Below are positions 36,543 through 42,627 of a stretch of 42,627 nucleotides of DNA, piece after piece. Position 1 is the first letter of the stretch; each line of letters starts with the position of its first letter. The stretch is taken from the NCBI GenBank assembly GCA_963721455.1, contig CAVRJG010000062.1, positions 1 through 42,627 of the forward strand, written 5' to 3'. The position numbers and the translations under genes are program-made. The stretch comes from an uncultured Methanosarcinaceae archaeon (GTDB taxonomy: Archaea > Halobacteriota > Methanosarcinia > Methanosarcinales > Methanosarcinaceae). The notes under the pieces were generated by a model. That model worked only from the letters and a program-made list of their open reading frames with translations, did no database searches and was not told the origin of the DNA.

Positions 36543-36872
36543 TTAGAAATTGTTTTTTTGGGTAATAACGTTGCCGTTAGAGATTTTTCAGTTCTGTAAA
36601 AAGAAAAAGTGATCAATTTATTAATGAGATTTTTAATGAGATTTTCTGCGCCTGATAATACGATTGAGAGTGATATCATGCATGTCCGGAAAGAATATTC
36701 ACGGAGAGAAAGCAAGCCTTTTCCTGACCGGATTGATCCGGACAATTCGGCATTTTCCAGGCGAGTAAATCTTTTCAGAAGGGTCAGTCTTCAGTATGTA
36801 AAAAAATTCGTTTTCAGGACACACACCCGATATATGTGCCCGGTTTGGTTTTCCTGTGCCCCGGGAAAGCAA

Positions 36873-37418
36873 TCAGGACTTATTTCCTACGTCGAACCTT
36901 ATAATGAATTCTGTTCCGTTTTCTCTTTTTAATTCAATTTCGCCCTCTAACTGATTCACCAGAACGCTTACCAGTTGCAGACCCAGTGTTTCGGAATTTT
37001 TGAGATCTACAGTTTCAGGAATGTCTGCTCCATTGTCAGAAACTGCCAGAATAAACCCGGTGCTTTCACCTTCAGAATCTTTCTCTTCTCTGCTGGTTCC
37101 GTACTCATCAAAATCAGTTCTATAAAGCTTGATTCGTATTTTTCCTGTTTTCCGATCTGGAAACGCATGCTTCAGGGAATTGGAGACAAGTTCATTAACA
37201 ATTAGCCCTAACGGCACCGCAGTGTCCACGTCAAAGAAAATGTTCTCCTCCAGGTCCATGTTTAAGCTGATATCGGCATTTCCAAGCCTGTATGTCTGAA
37301 AAAGGTTCTCAACGAGTTTCTCAAGGTACGGCGAAAAGTTCAGGCTATCAGTTCCTCCGCCCGCGTGAAGTTCTTCATGGATAAAAGCAATGGATATTAC
37401 TCTGTTCTGGCTTTCCCG
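36873..37418 (-). pseudogene. 5'-truncated HisKA_2/HATPase histidine kinase relic
   Basis: Frame extends upstream of ATG 37259 as RESQNRVISIAFIHEELH... with no start; H-box absent; G1 box DNGADIP degenerate. Confidence 0.8.
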
Positions 37419-37579
37419 GCTAGTTTTATTAAAATTATCTGGTTGACCAGTTAGGACTAAAATGAGAATTAATGAGAATTAGAACTATCGGGAACATGGT
37501 TTGAAATTCAGTTCGGGTTTTCTACAGGCATATATAAAATTCAAAACTATTTTATATTATAGTTAATATATAAGCCCGA

Positions 37580-39688
37580 GTGCAATATGGGGACATAAAA
37601 TCTTTCATAACTGTTAATATTTTCACTATTAAGATGGGATTTTTCCTGTTAGTAGCAGGCATACTCTATGCGGTAAGTCTTGAGAACTATCTGCTCTTTC
37701 GTGTTATCGTAAATTTATTTAATGTCATAATAGCGTATATGGTTTTCATAATTGTATGGAAATCAAAAGTCATTTCTGAAAACCGATACCTTACCTTTAT
37801 CGGGACGGTACTTTTTTTCATAGCAGGCCTCGGTTTTCTGCGTGCATTTTCATATAGAGAAATGGGTGTGTTCCCCGAATATGGGACAAATCTCCCGGTG
37901 CAGCTCTGGATAGTTATGAGATACCTTGGAAGCATCTCCTTTTTTGTGGCTCCGCTACTTTTGACGCAGGTTTCAGTGAATGAAAAAAGGGATGAAAAGA
38001 CCAGTGAAAATGATCAGTTTGCCCAGAAAGTCTTCTTCATATATGCTGTAATTACAACAATCTTTCTGCTCTCAATCTTCAAATATAGAAACTTTCCGGC
38101 CTGTTATATTGAAGGTTATGGATTAACTGATTTTAAGATATTCAGCGAATATATTATCTCTTTCTTATTTATTGGCTCACTGGTTCTTCTGTATCGAAAG
38201 AAAGGCAGGTTCGAAGGTTACGTATATAGAATACTTATAGCAGCTATAATAGTATCCATCTTTGCGGAATTTGCCCTTATATACTATACAAATACACAGG
38301 AAACTTTGAATTTTATTGGGCAAACTCTCAATGCCCTGTCTTTTTACCTTATTTATATAGCAATAGTGGAAACAGGCTTTGAAAAACCCTGCAGTCTTTT
38401 TTTCAGAGAACTTAAGTTCAGGGAAGAAGCCCTGAGAAAAGAAACTACTTTTCTGAAGGATGACCAGGGGCGGATTTACAGAATGCTCGGAGTTGAGAAC
38501 TGTATACCCGAGCCTGCAATTGAGAAACCGCAAGATCAAAGCCTGCAGGATAAAACGAAATACTATAAGTCATTCGTGCAGAACATTCACGGGCTTATAT
38601 GCTTTCGGCTTAACGAGAAACGTATTCCTGCGTTTATGGACGGGGCTGTGGAAGAAATTACTGCTTATAGTAGAGAGGATTTTATCTCCGGGAAAATGGA
38701 ATGGACTGCAATAGTCGTACCTGAAGATCGCCCATTATTTATTGAAGCTATAAAAACGGTAGAGTCAAATCCGAATACCTCTCTGGAACTTGAATACAGG
38801 ATAAGGAGAAAAGATGGGGAGATAAGATGGGTCCGGGAAATCATGCAACTTATTTCCAGAAAGTCCGGCACCTCCGAGAAATTTCAGGGCTTTATTCACG
38901 ATATAACTCAATATAAAATGGCGGAAGAAACTCTTGCCAGAAAAGATGAGGCTCGTATAAAAGAAATTCACCACAGGATTAAAAATAACCTGCAGGTTAT
39001 TTCCTCATTACTCAGCCTTCAGGCGGAAAAGCTCAATGATAGGAAAACTTTCCAATCATCAGAAGTCCTTGAAGCTTTCAGGGAAAGCCAGAACCGTGTA
39101 GTTTCCATGGCTCTGATTCACGAAGAGCTGTATCAGGGTAAGGACATGGAAACCCTGGAGTTTTCGGCTTACCTGCGCAGGCTGACTGCAGAACTTATCA
39201 AGTCTTATAACATCAAAAATGAGAGTATCAATCTAAAACTGGAACTTGAGCAGATTTACCTGGGAATGGACACTTCAGTTCCCCTGGGCATTATTGTAAA
39301 CGAACTTGTCTCGAATGCCCTGAAGCACGCTTTTCCTGCAGGTAAGAGGGGCGAAATTTGCATAAGCCTCTTCGAATCAGAGAATTGCAGGAAAGAAAGT
39401 GAAACCTGTAATTTCGAAAAAGAAAGTCGCAAAGAAAAAAATGACAGAGAAAAGGATGAAAGAGAAAAAGAAGGCAAAATTGGTTGTAAAAACGAAGGCG
39501 ATTTGCAATTTATCCTTATCGTGGCGGATAATGGAATAGGCATTCCCGAAAATATCGATTTCAGGAACACAGATTCCCTTGGGCTTCAGCTTGTAAACAT
39601 TCTCGTAGAGCAGATCGACGGCTGTATCGAACTTAAAAGAGACTCTGGAACGGAGTTCCAGATCATTTTCAGAAAGGCAGGAAAATGA
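37580..39688 (+). CDS. MASE3-PAS-HisKA_2 sensor histidine kinase
   Basis: About 7 TM N-terminus; PAS/PAC (EYRIRRKDGEIRWV); EIHHRIKNNLQ; NELVSNALKHAF; DNGIG. Confidence 0.93.
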   Translation: MQYGDIKSFITVNIFTIKMGFFLLVAGILYAVSLENYLLFRVIVNLFNVIIAYMVFIIVWKSKVISENRYLTFIGTVLFFIAGLGFLRAFSYREMGVFPEYGTNLPVQLWIVMRYLGSISFFVAPLLLTQVSVNEKRDEKTSENDQFAQKVFFIYAVITTIFLLSIFKYRNFPACYIEGYGLTDFKIFSEYIISFLFIGSLVLLYRKKGRFEGYVYRILIAAIIVSIFAEFALIYYTNTQETLNFIGQTLNALSFYLIYIAIVETGFEKPCSLFFRELKFREEALRKETTFLKDDQGRIYRMLGVENCIPEPAIEKPQDQSLQDKTKYYKSFVQNIHGLICFRLNEKRIPAFMDGAVEEITAYSREDFISGKMEWTAIVVPEDRPLFIEAIKTVESNPNTSLELEYRIRRKDGEIRWVREIMQLISRKSGTSEKFQGFIHDITQYKMAEETLARKDEARIKEIHHRIKNNLQVISSLLSLQAEKLNDRKTFQSSEVLEAFRESQNRVVSMALIHEELYQGKDMETLEFSAYLRRLTAELIKSYNIKNESINLKLELEQIYLGMDTSVPLGIIVNELVSNALKHAFPAGKRGEICISLFESENCRKESETCNFEKESRKEKNDREKDEREKEGKIGCKNEGDLQFILIVADNGIGIPENIDFRNTDSLGLQLVNILVEQIDGCIELKRDSGTEFQIIFRKAGK

Positions 39689-39801
39689 AGGCGAAGAGTA
39701 GAAACAGAGACTTTAAACTTAATCTTTAAACCGACTTTTAAAACCTAACTTTCGATAAAAGGGAAAAGCAAGCAATAAATAATAAATTAGAAAAAATAAT
39801 T

Positions 39802-39993
39802 TTAGAAGGCTGCATCGACATAATCTACCGGCCTTTTGAAAACAGCTGTTACCATACCATCTTCGTCGATCTCGTCCGCAAACTTGATGAGTTCCCAGCC
39901 TTCAACTCCGAGGCTATTAAGATCTTCTTTTGTCTTTGACCACTCGCTGAACCTTATCTCTTTAACATCATATTCCCAGACGGTCACTCGCAT
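39802..39993 (-). CDS. DUF4177 family small protein
   Basis: WEY...LNSLGVEGWEL...FKRP; GGAG RBS. Confidence 0.85.
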   Translation of the reverse strand: MRVTVWEYDVKEIRFSEWSKTKEDLNSLGVEGWELIKFADEIDEDGMVTAVFKRPVDYVDAAF

Positions 39994-40199
39994 TCATCTC
40001 CAGTAAAGTTGGGTAAGATTAACTCATATACTAACTGGTGGCATCTGCTATATTTATCTTTTTAAAAAATAGATTTGCGATCAAATCAACTTAAATTGAT
40101 CTCCGAATTGAGTCAGATATCCGGCGGCTTTATAAGAAGGAAATGAAGAAAAAGAAAAAGAAAAAGAAAGAGGCTATGAGAAGTTAATCAAAAATTAAC

Positions 40200-41309
40200 T
40201 CAAATCTCAACAAGCTTATACTTCCTGCTTCCAATGCCTATTTTTTCCCCGTACTCAAGCTGGTAGGTCCCGTCGACCATAGGCCATGTGCCCCTGAACT
40301 TATCGGCCCCTGCTTCGTGGTTGAAGTGCAGGGAGGAGCTGACAAGCCCTTGCTGCCTGTTTACGAGATCGTAGCTTGCCTGGTCAAGGGCAACAGGATC
40401 TTTTGAGGCGAGAATTCCTATGTCCGGAACAATAGGAGCGTCACTCCAGGGCACGCAGTCGCAGTCAGGAGTAACTTTAAGCAGGAAGTTGATATAACCA
40501 ACCCTGTCTTCTTTTCCTTTTACCGCGCCGTATGCATACTCTGTGAGGCATTCCAGAAACTCAGGGATATCGTGTTCCCAATCTATATCAATAGCATTTG
40601 AAGGGCACGCTTCCATACATTGCCCGCAGCTTATACAGATGTCAGGCTCGATCATTGCGGCTTCCCCTACAAGGGAAGAGGCTCCCACAGGGCAGACCTC
40701 AACGCATTTCCCGCAAGCTACGCATTTTTCTTCTACCACATGCGGGCTTGTCCTGAAATGCTGTTCCTTTTTGCCGGCTGCAGGAGCACAGCCCATAGCA
40801 AGATTCTTAATAGCTCCTCCGAAGCCCGCCATAATATGCCCTTTAAAATGGGACATCACAATCATAGAGTCTGCGGCAGCAATATCGGACCCTATTTTTA
40901 CGGACTTGAAATGCTTCTGCCCGATCTCAACTTCTGTAATGTTCTGGCTCTTCAATCCATCCGATATTATAAGCGGAGCCCTGACAACGGAATAATCGAA
41001 ACCATGTTCGATCGCTGTAGTCAGGTGGTCAACTGCATTATGCCTGCTGCCTGAGTAAAGAGTATTCGTGTCCGTAACAAACGGTTTTGCTCCGGCTGCC
41101 CGGATCTTTTCTACAACCTGCCGCACAAAAACAGGGTTGATGTATCCGTCGTTTCCATACTCTCCAAAATGAATCTTAATTGCAGTGAGGTCGTCTGATC
41201 CCAGGAGCTCAACAAAACCTGCCTCGTCAAAGAGCCTCTGAATCTTGCTGATCGTACTCTCCTGCGGGTTTCTCGCCCTCAAGTCTGCAAAATAAACTTT
41301 ACTTGCCGT
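40200..41309 (-). CDS. DUF362 Fe-S protein with inserted 2x[4Fe-4S] ferredoxin
   Basis: KIHFGE, SHFKGH, GGAIKNLAMGC, two CxxCxxCxxxCP, CDC and DPVALDQA motifs; likely start is ACG 41309 (ORF track: TTG 41282). Confidence 0.9.
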   Translation of the reverse strand, partial: TASKVYFADLRARNPQESTISKIQRLFDEAGFVELLGSDDLTAIKIHFGEYGNDGYINPVFVRQVVEKIRAAGAKPFVTDTNTLYSGSRHNAVDHLTTAIEHGFDYSVVRAPLIISDGLKSQNITEVEIGQKHFKSVKIGSDIAAADSMIVMSHFKGHIMAGFGGAIKNLAMGCAPAAGKKEQHFRTSPHVVEEKCVACGKCVEVCPVGASSLVGEAAMIEPDICISCGQCMEACPSNAIDIDWEHDIPEFLECLTEYAYGAVKGKEDRVGYINFLLKVTPDCDCVPWSDAPIVPDIGILASKDPVALDQASYDLVNRQQGLVSSSLHFNHEAGADKFRGTWPMVDGTYQLEYGEKIGIGSRKYKLVEI

Positions 41310-41514
41310 TTAAGTCCCTCCAAAAATCTTGGTTAATGCTTTTATCCGTGAAAACTATGAAGTTAAAAAAGTGTTATTTATTTTTAGATATTGCGCTGTA
41401 GACAGGAAAAAATGCTGCATGAGATTCTGCCAGCTTGAAGAAACTATCTCAATGTCTTTATACGTTATTTACTACAGATAATTTTTGCATTTAAAAAGTT
41501 GAAAAAGCATTAAT

Positions 41515-42623
41515 TTACAGCTTTCCCGTAAATTTCTTATATTTTTTTATATCCACTGCTATTTTCTTGCATTTCTCCTTTTCAAGCCGTTTCAGCCCAA
41601 TTTCTGCTTTTTTTGACTGGAATATGAGTTCTCCAGTTAATCTGTGATAGCTGGCAAGCCGTTCCTCCGGAATAAGCCCTTCCTCAACCGCCTGCAGGAC
41701 AGCGCAGCCAGGCTCGTCGCGGTGAGTGCAGTCTTTAAACCGGCAGTTTTGGGCTGCATCAACGATCTCGGAAAAAGCTTTCTCAAGGCCGTCTGAAGAA
41801 TCTCCGAGCTGGATTTCCCTGATTCCGGGGTTGTCTATAAGGACTGCTCCGTTTGGAAGCAGGAACATCTGGCGGACTGTGGTTGTATGTCTTCCTTTTT
41901 CATCATCTTTCCGGATATCTGCGGTTTTCTGGACGTTTTCGCCAAAAAAAGCGTTGATAAGCGTGGATTTTCCGACACCGGAGGAACCTACGAGTACAAC
42001 TGTTTCCCCCGGTTTCAGGTAAGGACTGAGTGCATCAAGCCCGGTTTTTGAAAGGGCGCTTAATGGAATAACCGGCACGTCACCTGCAATGGACCGTATT
42101 TTTTCTACCAGCCGGGTTGGGTTATCTTCAAGGTCAGTCTTGTTCAGTAAAATCACAGGGTTTGCCCCGGAAGAATACACAATGGCAAGATACCTCTCAA
42201 GCCTTCGAAGGTTGAGATCCTTACCAACGGAAGTCACGATAAAAATAGTATCAAGATTTGCAGCAATTACCTGCTCCCCGCCCCCATCTCCTGCTGCCCC
42301 TCTTGAGAGGCAGGTCCTCCTGGGCAGAATATTCACAATCATGCGTGAGCCCAGTTCCGGCTGGTCAAGTAAAACAACAAAATCTCCTACAACCGGATGC
42401 TTCCCGATTCGCTGGAGTGCCCCGGAAATTCCCGCCTGTACGACAGCCCCCTGAATGAGAACCTCGCAGACCGTTTTATGCCTTGATACAACTCTTCCGG
42501 CAAGGTAGGGATCTTTGTAGGCAGAAAATGCCAGCTCAAGTTCTTCATTCCACCCTGGAATATCATCCTTGCGACCGTGACCTGAGTTGTGACCTGAACT
42601 TTCGCTTCGCTATGGTTATTCAT
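41515..42623 (-). pseudogene. rsgA: Ribosome small subunit-dependent GTPase A, frameshifted at codons 5-7 by a 5-bp duplication
   Basis: [21 protein letters not shown] and [14 protein letters not shown] motifs; the OB-fold N-terminus (GRVV...PVVGDFV) is in frame but has no start; TTCGC x2 at 42601-42610. Confidence 0.85.
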
Positions 42624-42627
42624 TAAA

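Noticed and set aside
32679-36932. ORFs 32679-33134, 33717-33983, 36527-36745 and 36609-36932
   Set aside because: Antisense or intergenic, with no motif or RBS support.
1-42627. tRNA, rRNA or intact transposase
   Set aside because: No cloverleaf/T-arm signature, rRNA-like segment or transposase ORF noticed by eye; tRNAscan-SE and ISEScan would confirm.

Overview
Archaeal chromosomal window, almost certainly Methanosarcina (inferred from gene content: HisKA_2/PAS kinases, a PKD/S-layer-type protein, pdaD, a tatC pair, TATA/BRE promoters). About 30 intact CDS are supported: azlC/azlD, a siroheme sulfite reductase-like protein, nitroreductase, an ABC-2 exporter, two tandem hydantoinase-A paralogues, pdaD, a 1868-aa DUF4011-SF1 helicase-Vsr-like-DUF3320 (Hhe-type) protein, EamA, 2x tatC + 2x tatA, Nudix, amrS, a MASE3-PAS kinase and a DUF362 Fe-S protein. 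There are also many gene relics. No tRNA, rRNA or CRISPR array was seen. The most unusual part is 9.8-15.1 kb, where a tyrosine-recombinase relic precedes a string of small accessory genes (PKD protein, MNT-HEPN TA pair, 2TM-zinc-ribbon protein, orphan HEPN, CAAX-protease relic). These genes are punctuated by three kinds of recurring module: three 3' tails of type I R-M hsdS, five co-oriented REP-like double hairpins with variable 14-bp tails, and three copies of a TATA-driven candidate structured small RNA. A TPR / zinc-finger / 3TM operon at the left edge is a candidate defence module. All family assignments come from motif recognition by eye; no searches were run.
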